64,000 nucleotides of DNA from Octopus vulgaris (GCA_951406725.2 OX597818.1:16368001-16432000); one strand, 5' to 3'. Numbered from the stretch's first letter, positions 40,395-54,327 are shown. Numbers and translations: made by a program. Notes: generated from the letters alone by a model not told the origin.

Positions 40395-41205
40395 AATATA
40401 TACATACATACATATATACATGCATACGTACATACACAATTGCGTGTATATAAAAAAGGGAAGAAGTATTTAGTAGATCAAGAATAAAGGAATTGTATTT
40501 TTTTGTGTGGCTGTTTTAGGGTGAAGCGGGGTCACAAAACCCTGTTAATAGCAAACGTACATGTCAACAAGTCTACATACCAATATGGTCACACACACAC
40601 ACAAACATGTATTTAGTTTTTACACTGTGTACACACATAAACACACGTCCTAACTACAGAACTCAGAAGAAAACAAACACATAAAAAAGAAATGATTTCA
40701 TAAGCATACTCTTTGTCTCCACACACAATCCCAAAACCTATGACATTCTCAATACTACTAAAAGATGTCTCCCTGTTCTTAAACAGTCATCAAAAATGAA
40801 CAAACTAATGACAAAATCAGAAAAAATATATAGCTGACGTCAAGCAACCAAATTAAAAGACTTCTTAACAAAAATCAAGATTTACAATGAGAGGCGTAAA
40901 ATCTTAGCAGGTAGACATGAAGGAATCAACCGAGGAAGGAAGAGAAAATCTTCTCAAATATTCTGTGCAACAGGCTGTAGCGATGCGAAGGGAAAAAATG
41001 TGGAAATGTTGACTGTAGCGTAGAGCATAGTGCACGCAACTGCAGCAGAGAACGGTCGACGCCTCTCGCAAAAGAAGTAATTAAAATAAAGAAAAGACAG
41101 AAAAAGGGAAACAAAATATAAAATCTACTGTAGAGTTACTTTGAAATTTCAGCATAGGTGGAAACTTTTTTAAAACAATTTAAAAAAAAAAAAATCAATG
41201 TGCTA

Positions 41206-41324
41206 TGCTTACGGCACCAAGGTTTCCCAAGCGGTCACCCATCTAAGTAATGACTAGGCTCGACGTTGCCTAACTTCGGTAACCGGACGAGAACCGGTGC
41301 TTTCAACGTGATATGGCCGTAAGC
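41206..41324 (-). rRNA. RNA5S: 5S rRNA gene, type A (GCTTAC...GTAAGC), with some substitutions
   Basis: 119 nt: GCTTACGGCCATATCACGTTGAAAGCACCGGTTCTCGTCCG...TACTTAGATGGGTGACCGCTTGGGAAACC..GTGCCGTAAGCA; T-run downstream. Confidence 0.9.
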
Positions 41325-42068
41325 AATTGTCAGTTCGAAGTTTAACAACTTTATTCTAATAAACGACTAAATGCTAACATTTATATTCTCTTACAATGTA
41401 AACTTGCTTTCGTCACAATCTTTACGTCTCTACACTGCTTTTCTTCTACCAGCTCACTATTGCATCGACTAAGCAATCTTTCTTTTATTCTAACTCCCAT
41501 TGTTCACCACTAGCGGCTACCCTCACGCTTACTCACTCTCTCGCTTTCAGATTTCACTTTGCCGCTGACAATTTGATCAATAGGCCTTCACTGTCGCACC
41601 ACACTACCCTTGCTGCTGCTACGTCCCCATCTTACCCACAAATGCTCCTCAACACAACGTCGCACACGTCATCACAAACATTTGCTCTGGCTATCCACAC
41701 CAATAGCAAATACCTGAGCATCATCCTAACACGACGCTCGTCAAAACAACAACGTCCAACACTTAGCAAAATTATCGCAGCTTGCGTGATTGACGCTTTT
41801 TCAATTCACTTCCGTCGACATTATGCTTGTGGAAACTACTCTCTCGCTGCATATTGCTAAAACTCGCATCAAGTTTACTCACTGGTGCATAATTGGACAC
41901 TTGGCAGCGAGCAATGTAAACAAGGTAAGTAACGAATGCTGCTAATGACAACAATCCTAATCAAATGTATGCTAATTTGAATGCGACAGGCAAGCAAAGA
42001 CAAAGCCACATATTTGCTATCTTCACATGGTATATCAAATAAAAACGTTCTAATGACACGGCTCTATC

Positions 42069-42163
42069 GTTTACGGCCATATCACATCACTGAAGTTAAG
42101 CAAATTCGAGCCTAGTTAGTACTTAGATGGGTGACCGCTTGGGAAACCTAGGTGCTGTAAACG
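42069..42163 (+). pseudogene. RNA5S: 5S rRNA pseudogene, type B, with ~24-nt internal deletion
   Basis: gtttacggccatatcac|atcactgaagttaagc...gtgctgtaaac; the segment between the two atcac motifs is missing. Confidence 0.85.
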
Positions 42164-43499
42164 TCTTTCTCTCTCTTTATTTTCGATTTATTCTTGCAGT
42201 CTTCTCCACTTCAAGTGCATGTCTGCTTTCACTTCGAACAAAAATTATACATATTTGCACGCACCAATTTCCATGCTTTACTCTCACTGCACTTGCGCAG
42301 CTCTATTTTGCCAAATGAAATCACTGTTTACCAATGTTTATTTTGTCTTTCAGTCGTAGCCACCGCTCGCCTCAAGGTTCAACCAGCTTTCACTAATTCA
42401 GCCACATACACAACAAAAAAAACACACACACATACACAACAATCACACACACACACACAAAAAATACACACACGCACACACATACACAACAAAAACACAC
42501 ACACACAGGTAATCGGTCCGTAAGTCAGGGATAACATTGAAATAAACAAGCCTTTGAAGACAGAAAACAGAAGACTGAAAAGGATGAATAACACACGAAG
42601 TGAATTGAGGTCAAAACAGAGAATACGATTGGTTAAAATTCGAAGAATTAAACTACGTAAAAAGTAGAAATTACGTTTTTCTCAAAAAAAACTAATTGAA
42701 ATTAATGTTTTCTTTTGACACATTCTACCAGTATGCGAAGTTTCAAATTATTTATTTAAAAGGGAAAATCTGTCCAAATAAAACCGCGTTTTATTTTACA
42801 CACATCTCAGCATCGTTGGCTTTGTCTTTGCCGGCCTGTCGCATTCAAATTAGCATACATTTGATTAGGATTGTTGTCATTAGCAGCATTCGTAACTTAC
42901 CTTGTTTACATTGCTCGTTGCCAAGTGTCCCATCATGCACCAGTGAGTAAACTTCATGCGGGCTTTAGTAATATGCAGCGAGAGAGTAATTTCCACAAGC
43001 ATAATGTCGATGGAAGTGAATTGAAAAAGCGGCAATCTCGCAAGCTGCGAAAATTTTGCTAAGTGTTGAACGTGGTTGTTGTGGCGAACGTGGTGTAAGG
43101 ATGATGCTTAGGTATTTGCTATTGGTGTGGATAGACAGAGCAAATGATTGTGATGACGTGTGCCACGTTGTGGTGATGAGCATTTGTGGGTAATATGGGG
43201 ACATAGCAGCAGCAGGGGTAGTGTAGTGCGACAGTGAAGGCCTATTGATAAAATTGTCGGCGACAAAGTGAAATCTGAAAGCGAGAGAGTGAGTAAGCGT
43301 GAGGGTAGCCGCTAGTGGTGTACAATGGGAGTTAGAATAAAAGAAAGATTGCTTAGTCGATGCAATAGTGAGCTGGTAGAAGAGAAGCGGTGTAGAGGGG
43401 TAAAGATTGTGTCGAAAGCGAGTTTACATATTAAGAGAAAAAAATGCTAGCATGTAGTCATTTATTAAAATAAAGGTGCTAAAGTGCGAGTTGATAATC

Positions 43500-43618
43500 G
43501 CTTACGGCCATATCACGTTGAAAGCACCGGTTCTCGTCTGATCACCGAAGTTAAGCAACGTCGACCCTAGTCAGTACTTAGATGGGTGACCGCTTGGGAA
43601 ACCTAGGTGCAGTAAGCA
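43500..43618 (+). rRNA. RNA5S: 5S rRNA gene, type A
   Basis: 119 nt with box A (agttaagc) and box C (gtacttagatgggtgaccg); T-run ~15 nt downstream. Confidence 0.92.
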
Positions 43619-44352
43619 GAGTACATTGTTAAATTTTTTTTTTCTAAATTGTTTTAAAAAAGTTTATGAGTTTCCACCTATGCTGAAATTTCAACGTAAC
43701 TCTACAGTAGATTTTATATTTTGTTTCCCTTCTCGTGTCTTTTCTTTATTTTAATGACTTCTATTGCGAGAGGCGTCGACCGTTCTCTGCTGCAGTTGCG
43801 TGCACTATGCTCTACGCTACAGTCAACATTTCCACATTTTTTCCCTTCGCATCGCTACAGACTGTTGTACAGAATACGTGAGAAGATTTTCTCTTCCTTC
43901 CTCCGTTCATTGTTTCATGTCTACGTGCTATGATTGAACCCCTCTCATTGCACATTTAGTTCATTCCTAAAATAATCGACTAAGTAGGACAGCCGATCAA
44001 ATTCACTCTGTCAATATGTATGGGTAAAACGAAGTTTAAGCATGAAGCAGGAATCCGCAGGGTGGCGAATGTGCTGAGGTAAGTGCAACCTACACGTTTG
44101 CTAGAAGACTGTGGCTGAATTAGTGAAAGCTGCATGAAATTTGAGGCGAGCTGTCACTACGACTGAAAGACAAAGTAAACATTTGTAAACAGTGATTTCA
44201 TTTCGCAAAGTAAACGTCTGCAAGTGCAGTGAGAGTAAAGCATGGAAATTGGTGCGTGCAAATATGTATATTTTTTGTGCGAAGCAAAAGCACACATACA
44301 CTTGAAGTAGAGAAGACTGCAAGAATAAACCGAAAATAAAAAGACAGAAAGA

Positions 44353-44471
44353 TGTTTACAGCACCTAGGCTTCCCAAGCGGTTACCCATCTAAGTACTAA
44401 CTAGGCTCGATTTTGCTTAACTTCGGTGATCGGACGAGAACCGGTGTTTTCAAAGTGATATGGCCGTAAAC
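44353..44471 (-). rRNA. RNA5S: 5S rRNA gene, type B (GTTTAC...GTAAAC)
   Basis: Full 119-nt 5S on the minus strand with internal promoter boxes. Confidence 0.9.
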
Positions 44472-45231
44472 GGTAGAGCAGCGTCATTAGAACCTTTTTA
44501 TTTGATACACCATGTGAAGATAGCAAATCGTTGCGTAGTGATGCATTGTATTATAGAGTTTTATTTTACTCACATCTCAGCATCTGTGGCTTTGTCTTTG
44601 CCGGCCTGTTGCATTGAATCTAGCATAAATTTGATTAGGATCGTTGTCATTAGCAGCATTCGTAACTTACCTTGTTTACATTGCTCGTTGCCAAGTGTCC
44701 CATCATGTACCAGTGAGTAAACTTGATGCGGGCTTTAGTAATATGCAGCGAGAGAGTAATTTCCACAAGCATAATGTCGATGGAAGTGAATTGAAAAAGC
44801 GGCAATCACGCAAGCTGCGAAAACTTTGCTAAGTTTTGGACGTTGTTGTTGTTGATGCTTAGGTATTTGCTATTGGTGTGGATAACCAGAGCAAATGTTT
44901 GTGATGACGTGTGCCACTTTGTGTTGAGGAGCATTTGTGGGTAAGATGGGGACATAGCAGCAGCAAGGGTAGTGTAGTGCGACAGTGAAGGCCTATTGAT
45001 AAAATTGTCGGCGACAAAGTGAAATCTGAAAGCGAGAGAGTGAGTAAGCGTGAGGGTTGCCGCTAGTGGTGTACAATGGGAGTTAGAATAAAAGAAAGAT
45101 TGCTTAGTCGATGCAATAGTGAGCTGGTAGAAGAAAAGTAGTGTAAAAATGTGAAAATTGTTACAAAATAGTGTTTACATTGCAAAATTTGGTTCGTTGT
45201 GTCGTAGCCCTTTCGTTTTCTTTTCAGGTGA

Positions 45232-45590
45232 TACCTTGGCGCTGTGGACGATAGAGGTTTGCATGTTTGCCTGCGATAGTTACTTGAAAAATATCGAGTC
45301 TCTCATATCAGTTGAGCGTGAGGTTTGTCGCTACTCCAACATTTACCAAAATCAGGCTGTTTCCACTGTAACACAATCTTATGTTGGATAAATGCACTTC
45401 GTACAAGAGGTGCACTAATGAATAGGAAACTGGTGAGGGTGCCACCCCGGAAAATGTGGAATGCATCAGACAAGCTTTGATACGGAGTGTGATTCGCTCT
45501 GCTCAGAAGCATTCCATTGAACTTGGCATCGCCAATCGATCGCTAAGGCGTAATTTGTATGAGGACCTGCAATTCGACCTGGCCTAATCT
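45232..45590 (+). mobile_element. Tc1/mariner-superfamily transposase N-terminal (HTH) remnant
   Basis: LWTIEV.MFACDSYLKNIESLISVER...TPENVECIRQALIRSVIRSAQKHSIELGIANRSLRRNLYEDLQF. Confidence 0.65.
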
Positions 45591-45721
45591 CAGTGAATGG
45601 GGCCAATGTGCAATAATACCAGTGAGAGGAAGGCCTCAAAACAGTGTGCATTCTCTCCTGATGACCTGATATGCCTGCTAGTGTCCCGTATGCATGACAT
45701 ATGACTGTCAGCAATTTTATG

Positions 45722-46400
45722 TGCAAGTTGTTTACAACTAATATACGTAGACAGCATTGTCGTTATCTAGGTTATGTTTACATTTATTTATGTATATATG
45801 TGTATATATAAATATGTATGTATCTATGCATATATGTCTGTTTCATTTAAAGCCAATAAATCACTCAAGCTCAGAGCGTTATAATGCACACTAAGTATCT
45901 TTTCACACATTCAGTTTAATCAAGAAAACAAAGTTCATTTTCATGTTTGAGAACTAATACTGTTTCTATGAAACTAGTTACAGCCGTATTTTACAGTATT
46001 TGTTGAATATTGTTGGTATTGTTGTTATTGTTTAGTCGGAAAGAAACCTTGAACAAGTAATTCTATTATGCAAAACATTGATCTCCAACCACGACGTTAG
46101 CCATAAAGATTTAATGCCCGCCCGAAAGTATTATATCCAATGTATGGTTTTCTAAAAATTTAAGGTCTGATATGAGAAATATTTAGCAGTCATTTTTAGC
46201 AACAGAGAGAGATACGACTGGAATATCTTGGACATTGACCGACGAAGAAATCAGCTGCGAATTTTCAGTGTTTCATGTTTTTGCCGAATTTTCCGTTGGC
46301 TATGTTTTCGTCTAATTTTTTTCTCTTTGTTGTGTTCTTTTTGTTCAACCCGTGATATATTTATATAGAGCAACACAACCCCTGTTTGTTAACTGATATA
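45722..46400 (+). other. Orphan inverted copy of the gene family's conserved upstream block
   Basis: Reverse complement aligns to 2335-3060 and 17280-17885; no family CDS follows. Confidence 0.7.
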
Positions 46401-46414
46401 TATATATATATATA

Positions 46415-46610
46415 AAGGAATACCAAAAATGGGACAAGAACGCAAAACATCCAGACAGATGTTACAAGAAAGGGCAACAAATCATCTGGACAGACGATAC
46501 AAAAAAAAAACAAAAAGCAAGGACGGGTTATTCGGTGGGTTTTCTTTTTTTTTTTGTATCGTCTGTCTGGATGTTTTGCGTTCTTGTCCCATTTTTAGTA
46601 TTCTTTTTTA
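46415..46610. repeat. Small TA-flanked hairpin element (related to 9375-9570)
   Basis: aaaaatgggacaagaacgcaaaacatccagacaga...tctgtctggatgttttgcgttcttgtcccattttt. Confidence 0.75.
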
Positions 46611-47139
46611 TATAAATATAGCGGTATAAATACATTTTGGTCTCCTATATATATATATAATATATATATATATGTATGTATTTATGTTTATGTGTGCCTT
46701 TCTGCCTGTGTTTGTTCCCCCACCATCGATTGATAACCGGTGCTGATGTGTTTGTATAATTAATTCTAAAACAAAACGAAAGAAATATCCATTTTGAAAT
46801 AAAAATACACCTTTTCTTCGGGAATTCATATTTGGAATGAATGGGTTCGAAAATAAAGAGGAATTAATTTATTTACAAAAGGCTACCTTCGAGTAAAACA
46901 GTACTTTCCCTTCGATATAAATAAATAAATAAATCAAAACAAATAATCGCAGGAAAAAAAAAATTCTCACAATATCAGGTAAACCTAAATTGAACCTCTA
47001 AAAATTTAAGATTTAAATTGAAATTTGAAATAAAAAATTAAAATAAAAACTTATATTACATTACATTACAAATTAAACCAAACTAAGAAATAAATATATA
47101 CATATATATATATATACATATATATATACATATATATAT

Positions 47140-47520
47140 AGGAGTGGCTGTGTGGTAAGTAGCTTGCTAACCAACCACATGGTTCCGGGTTCAGTCCCAC
47201 TGCGTGGCATCTTGGGCAAGTGTCTTCTGCTATAGCTCCGGGCCGACCAATGCCTTGTGAGTGGATTTGGTAGACGGAAACTGAAAGAAGCCTGTTGTAT
47301 ATATGTATATATATGTATGTGTGTGTTTGTGTGTCTGTGTTTGTCCCCCTAGCATTGCTTGTGTGTTTACGTCCTTGTAACTTAGCGGTTCGGCAAAAGA
47401 GACCGATAGAATAAGTACAGATCTTACAAAGAGTGAGTCCCGGGGTCGATTTGCTCGACTAAAGGCGGTGCTCCAGCATGGCCACAGTCAAATGACTGAA
47501 ACAAGTAAAAGAGTAAAAGA

Positions 47521-47521
<1 letters not shown>
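47140..47521 (+). mobile_element. Near full-length tRNA-derived SINE
   Basis: Head ggagtggctgtgtggtaag...ggttcagtccc (A/B boxes), internal microsatellite, tail gtaaaagagtaaaagag. Confidence 0.85.
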
Positions 47522-47568
<47 letters not shown>

Positions 47569-47600
47569 GTACACAAATATATAGACATGCATATAAATGC

Positions 47601-47673
<73 letters not shown>

Positions 47674-47909
47674 AAATGAAATAAGATGAAAAACAGGACA
47701 CAAAGGATGTTGCGGTACACATGTTTGGAGCTTTATACAGGTGCTTACATTTATCAAGTATTCATCCTGAATTTATATATATATAAATATATACATACAC
47801 ACACAAAAACATATACATATGCATTCTTACATACACATCCCACAAACATAAACAATTATCTATATATATAAATAAATATATATATAAATTTAAAACATAA
47901 AATATATAT

Positions 47910-48134
47910 ACTCTCTTTCTCTTTTACTCTTTTACTTGTTTCAGTCATTTGACTGCGGCCATGCTGGAGCAGTGCCTTTAGTCGACCAATTCGACCCCGG
48001 GACTTATTCTTTGTAAGCCCAGTACTTATTCTATCGGTCTCTTTTGCCGAACCGCTAAGTGACGGGGACGTAAACACACCAGCATCGGTTGTCAAGCAAT
48101 GCTAGGGGGACAAACACACAAACACACACACACA

Positions 48135-48204
<70 letters not shown>

Positions 48205-48377
48205 CATATATACGACAGGCTTCTTTCAGTTTCTGTCTACCAACTCCACCCACAAGGCATTGGTCGGCCCGAGGCTATAGCAGAAGACACTTGCCCAAGA
48301 TGCCACGCAGTGGGACTTAACCCGGAACCATGTGGTTGGTTAGCAAGCTACTTACCACACAGCCACTCCTGCGCCTA
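47910..48377 (-). mobile_element. Full-length tRNA-derived SINE, same family, opposite orientation
   Basis: Reverse complement of 47140-47521. Confidence 0.85.
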
Positions 48378-48389
48378 TGTAAAAAAATT

Positions 48390-49010
48390 TTATAAAATTC
48401 ACAAATCCATTACCAATCTTATAAGCCGGAGCCGTCCCTAAAATGCTCCATTCAATAAAGAACGTTTTTTTATCATCTTTAAGATTCCAGATGAAATTAC
48501 TAAGACTAGTAGAAGAAGCACTATTTCTGTTCCCAAAGGAATGGTAATGATTCGAAACACTTTTCCTAATATAATTAGCAGAAGAACCAATATAAATGTA
48601 ATCATTACCCTCAGAAATGTCTTTGGCTTGATAAACTACTTCTCTACGTTTACAAAAATTTCCAAATAAACAATTTTCTTTGTTTATACATTCACAAAGA
48701 GAATTTCCACCCTACTTGAGCTGTCAACAATTGAATTATTATTAAGCAAAAAGCTATCCTCTTCATTATTATTAAAACTTATATTAGAATCACAACCATC
48801 ACTACTACTCTGGCTATTAGCATCCATGGAATTGATCTCGCTAACATTAACTGAGCTATCACGAAGATAAAACCAGATAATTTCTTTTCATTAATAGAAG
48901 TAATCTGAGATTAATTCCGAGAAACCGAAAAAGCAACCTTAATGGACTTCGGATTCAAAATCTCATAGTACCTACTTTTTTATTGAAATGTTTCAACAGC
49001 AATTTATAAA
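48390..49010 (-). mobile_element. Penelope-like element GIY-YIG endonuclease remnant
   Basis: Minus translation CKRREVVYQAK...DYIYIGSS...NHYHSFGNRNSASSTSLSNFIWNLKD...IEWSILGTAPAY. Confidence 0.7.
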
Positions 49011-49185
49011 CAGCCCCAACTATGTTACTTGTTAATTGACGGGCATAAATTTTTTTCCTTTCCTTATACTTAATTTATTCATTAAACCAATACTGAATAT
49101 ATAGTATTTTATATATTCTTTGCTTAGACTGAACCGTCGGACTTGGATGTTTAATACAGCTTTGAAGGATTTTGTTCCTTACTTC

Positions 49186-49236
<51 letters not shown>

Positions 49237-49325
49237 TAATCCAAACAAGAAAGCACAAAAAAAACACAACAACGCGAGGACGTGGAACAAATATAGTATT
49301 ACTGGACGCTCAGGAAAGAAGGAGG

Positions 49326-49360
49326 GTTTAACGTTTCGAGCGGAGCTCTTCGTCGGAAAC
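49326..49360 (-). ncRNA. Variant minimal hammerhead motif (CCGACGA core)
   Basis: GUUU-CCGACGA-A-GAG(CUCCG)CUC-GAAAC-GUU-AAAC within a TA-flanked ~200-bp element. Confidence 0.45.
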
Positions 49361-49627
49361 ATAGGAGGAAAGATCCAGAGAAGGGAAGACAGAGGAAAAA
49401 AATCGCCAACGGTACACACGAGGTCACATTAAATATATATACCGTAAATCCTCGAGTATAGTCCGCCGTTGAGTATAATACGCAGGGGATTTTTCGGGGG
49501 CTGTACCTCTGAAAAACCTTAACCTTGTCAAGCCGTGGGATTTTTCGGGGGCTGTACCTCTGAAAAACCTTAACCTTGTCAAACCTTAACCTTGTCAAGA
49601 CACAAAAACACATACATATATATTTGG

Positions 49628-49896
49628 ATACATACATACATACATACATACATACATACATACATACATACGTACATACGTACATGCATACATGCATACA
49701 TACATACATACATACATACATACATACATACATACATACATACATACATACATACATACATACGTACATGCATACATGCATACATACATACATACATACA
49801 TAATACGTACATGCATACATGCATACATACATACATACATACATACATACATTCATACATGCATACACGCATACATACATACGTACGTACGTACAT
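49628..49896. repeat. (TACA)n microsatellite
   Basis: Direct inspection. Confidence 0.95.
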
Positions 49897-50019
49897 ACTT
49901 GTGTTGGCTAAAGTAGAAGTGACTGGAACTGAACACAGAAACATTTAGATGAGAAGCAAGCTTCTTGCTACAAAGGCACGCCTACGATTCCATGTATTTT
50001 CATGTATTTTATATATAAT

Positions 50020-51232
50020 GTGTTCGCGCGTGCACATTGTTTGTTTTTAATTTTGTCAACTACAATGAACATAATGGTCAGGTGTCACCCTCTGTGAGAA
50101 AAACAGCATCATGACGCAATCCCTCTGCCAAAAATTTGGTAACGACATGCTGTACTGCTAGGTATTCGCACCGGAAGCTCCAATACGGACATATCAGAGT
50201 GTTTGGGTGTTAATCTGAGGACAGTACAGTGGATTCGAAAAGAGTTGAATGAATCTAATGGGGATTTCGAAGGTATGGCAGCTCGGAAAACTCACTCTAA
50301 TGCTTCTGGTAAGAGAATAACTCCTGAATTTGCTGGTGAGTTCCAGGCCATGATTCACAGCGATCTCTGCAAGTCAATCAGGTCCATTGCCAGGGACATA
50401 GGAATTCTTGAGTTTCTTATCAGACAGGTATTGCATGAAGACATTCGGTATTCCTCATACAAGATGAAAATGGGCCAATTTTTATCCCAAGCCATCAAGG
50501 ACAATAGGAAAAATTGCGTTACGAAGCCTTTGAACAAACTGAAGTATCCCCTCCGACCGAACATGCATTGGTTTTCCGCAGAGGAGAAAAATTTGTCAGG
50601 ATCAGATGATGAAGACACAGAACAACTGTTTACTTGCCGTCTCTCCAAAGCATGTACAGAGAGTGGTAAAAATTAAACATCCAGTCAACATCATGGTGTT
50701 TGGAGTGATCACTAGTGATGGTGACGTTATGCCTCCATTCATCTTCCCACACAGCCTGAGACTCAACACGGAGGCCTACATCAAGTGTCCGGAGACGGTA
50801 GGGCTGCTCTGGATGAAAAGGGTGACTGGCGGAAGACCTTATGTCTGGCAACAAGACTCTGCACTATGCCACACAAGCAGGATAGACTATGCATGGCTGT
50901 CAGTCAATTTCTGCGACCACATCACCCTTAACATCTGGCCAAATAACTCCCCAGACTGCAACCCCTTTGAGTATTATGTGTGGGGTGCAGTTGAGCGAGT
51001 GACCAACAAAACTCCTTGTAACGCCAAAGATGAACTGAAGGCAAGGACTTTGGCAGATTTCACCAACTTAAACAGGAAGACCGCCCAGAAGAGTCGCATG
51101 AGATTCCGAAGTCGTCTGGAGGCTGTGGTTACAGCCAATGGCGATTTTATTAAAATGATTTTATTAAAATAAGGTGTCAGCGCTATTTTCATTTTTGTGT
51201 AATTTAGACGACAGTTTATTTACCGCACCCTG
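50020..51232 (+). mobile_element. Tc1/mariner (maT/DD37D-like) transposon with frameshifted transposase
   Basis: SIRSIARDIG, WFSAEEKN, IMVFGVITSDG, WQQDSALCH, WPNNSPDCNPFEYYVWG (37-residue spacing); right end ttatttaccgcaccctg|TA. Confidence 0.85.
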
Positions 51233-51725
<493 letters not shown>

Positions 51726-51726
51726 C

Positions 51727-51791
<65 letters not shown>

Positions 51792-53689
51792 CACCGTTTC
51801 TCGTACTGTTAGCGTTCCGTATTTCAGTCAAGTGTGTTAGTATTTATGTGGTAACATCGTAGTTTCGTCTTGGTATATGTTTGGCTGAAGAAGGTAAAGC
51901 AAATATGGGTGAGAGACATATCTTGCAAAACCTGAAACCTGCAGGTACCACATTATCCATTTTCCGGGTGTTTCATCTTTCAGATGTTCTCCCTGGAGGT
52001 AAGACGGTTTTTTTTCTCTATTTTGTTGCACACACGCATTTTTACTAATACATACGCGGTGAAGCTACACATTAGCGTCGTAATTTTACGTTCGCTATTT
52101 CCAGTAAATATCGGTACTTAGTTGTGCCATTTATTTACTAATTTGTATATATTTATATATATATATATATATATAATAAGAGTAGATCGTATACGAGTGG
52201 GTATATATTTCTAAAAATGAAGTTTGAAAACACCACTATATTAGATAAATTTTAATTTTCTTATGAATTTTACATGTTTCGGTTCTTGAAAAAACGAACC
52301 TTATCAAAAATATTATAAAAAGTGTAATGGAGAAGAAAAGTGTAGTGGAGAAGTTCATAATCGTTTCTTACTGGTCTCAATAGAATCCATGTTCTTGAAA
52401 AAACGAACCTTATAAACGAATATTATAAAAAGTGAAAATTGAAAAGTTCATAATCGTTTCTTACTGTTCTCAATAGAATCCATGTGGTGGTGTTTTGTCG
52501 GTAGTTGGTATAATCGCTATATTACTGTTGAGTGTAGTGAAGAAGTCCATTATTGTTTCTTGCTGGTATCAAAAGGAACCTCTTTTTTTTACCTTGTGTT
52601 CCAATGGTAGCAACAGTAGTGATTGTTGGTCGTAGTAGTTGGTCGTAATTTTGGCTTCCTTGGTGGTGGTTGGGGTTAGTAGTAGAGGACTGTTGATCGT
52701 AGCAGCAATAGTGGTGGGTTCACTGGCACTGTTCACTGACGTCACATAATTCCAAACCAAACTTCAACGAATACAAGGAAAAGACCCTTAACTGTATCCT
52801 GTAAGGAAACCAACCAAGCAGAACGACAAGCTTGACCACGGAAGAAAAACGTCATCAATTTTTTAACGAATCAAAATCAGATCTGCTCGCAGAAAAAAAT
52901 TCTTTATATATATATATATATATATATATACAAAAGAAGGTTTGAAAATGCAATTTAAAAGATGTTTATTTACTTAACCGGTTTCACTCTTTGGAAAAAG
53001 ATTGTCAAAAGTAACATATGGAAGTTTGGTTGCGTTAATTATTGGTTGTTGCAAATTGCTACATTACATGTATATATACAGTCTTTGGTAACAGGGACAT
53101 GTTAAGGACGTAAAAAAGTACAACAGTATGATGAGAATATAAAGAGGTTTAACAAGCTCATTGAAAAAATGGGCAGAAAAGATAAAAACAAATATATTAT
53201 ACATCTCAGGGTAATTTCCAGGAGGAATTATCAAAAAAAGTTCAGTACAGAATATTATGAATTCAAAAAAATTTACATTAAGATTTACATTAATGAAGTG
53301 GCGAGGTTGTTTACTGACCTGTCCGTTTTAGCAGAAATGTGGAATTGAAAAAGATGTACCCGTTTTTTTCTTTTTTTGGCTCTCCTTCAAGCATCAATGA
53401 TTTTGGGGTTAGGATGAGGTGAATATGTGTGTCTCTGCGTGTATGTGTGCGTGCATACATATACATGTGGTGTGAATAGATGTGTCTGTGTGTCTGTAGT
53501 ATTTGGTCAGATGGTATCTGTTTGTCAAGTGTGTGTGGTTGTCATGGAGTTGTGTGTGCGTGTGTGTGCGCGTGTGTGTGTTTGTGTGTGCGTGCGTGCG
53601 TGCGTGTGTACGCATGTATGAGTGTGGATGGCATTTGACATGGTGCTGCGTGTGTATATATGTGCATACAACTATTCTGGACGGACTCC

Positions 53690-54327
53690 TCGTTTAAGTT
53701 GGTGAAATGCTGGCATAGTTCTTGCCTTCATCTTCGGTACACCCCACACATAATACTCAAAGGGGTTGCAGTCTGGGGAGTTACTTGGCCAGATGTTAAG
53801 GGTGATGTGGTCGCAGAAATTGACTGACAGCCATGCATAGTCTATCCTGCTTGTGTGGCATAGTGCAGAGACTTGTTGCCAGACATAATGTCTCCAGCAG
53901 CCACCTTTTTCATCCAGAGCAGCCCTTCCGTCTCCAGACATTTGATGTAGGCCTCCGTGTTGAGTTTGAGGCCATGTGGAAAGATGAATTGGGGCATAAC
54001 GTCGCCATCACTAATGACCACTCCAAACACCATGATGTTGAATGGATGTTTAATTTTTATCACACTCGGTACATGTCTTCAGATCGCACTGTCTTCAGAT
54101 TGGCACCCAAACATTGAAATGTTCGTATTGAAGCTTCAGGCGTGAATGCCAAGCAGTACATGTTGTTTTCAAATTTCTGTGAGAGTGAATTGCGTCATGG
54201 CGCTATTTTTCTCACAGACGGTGCGCAACTGACCCTACTATACCGTGTAGCCGACAAAATCAAAAACAAACTATGCGCCTACGCGAAATTAGAAATATAA
54301 AATGGCGGCAACTTATCCTTCGCTCTC

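Larger units (their letters stand above)
40890..45165. repeat. 5S rDNA repeat cluster (~1.77-kb unit, first unit inverted)
   Basis: Spacer 42790-43420 repeats at 44560-45160; 40890-42010 is the reverse complement of ~42815-43950; 42060-42405 is the reverse complement of 44105-44480. Confidence 0.85.

Noticed and set aside
42890-43210. U1 snRNA-like words in the 5S spacer (acttacctt ... atttgtgg..ggggac)
   Set aside because: 5S-U1 linkage exists in some molluscs, but the spacing is ~290 nt versus ~125 nt and stem-loops I and II are not recognisable; would need an Infernal RF00003 hit.
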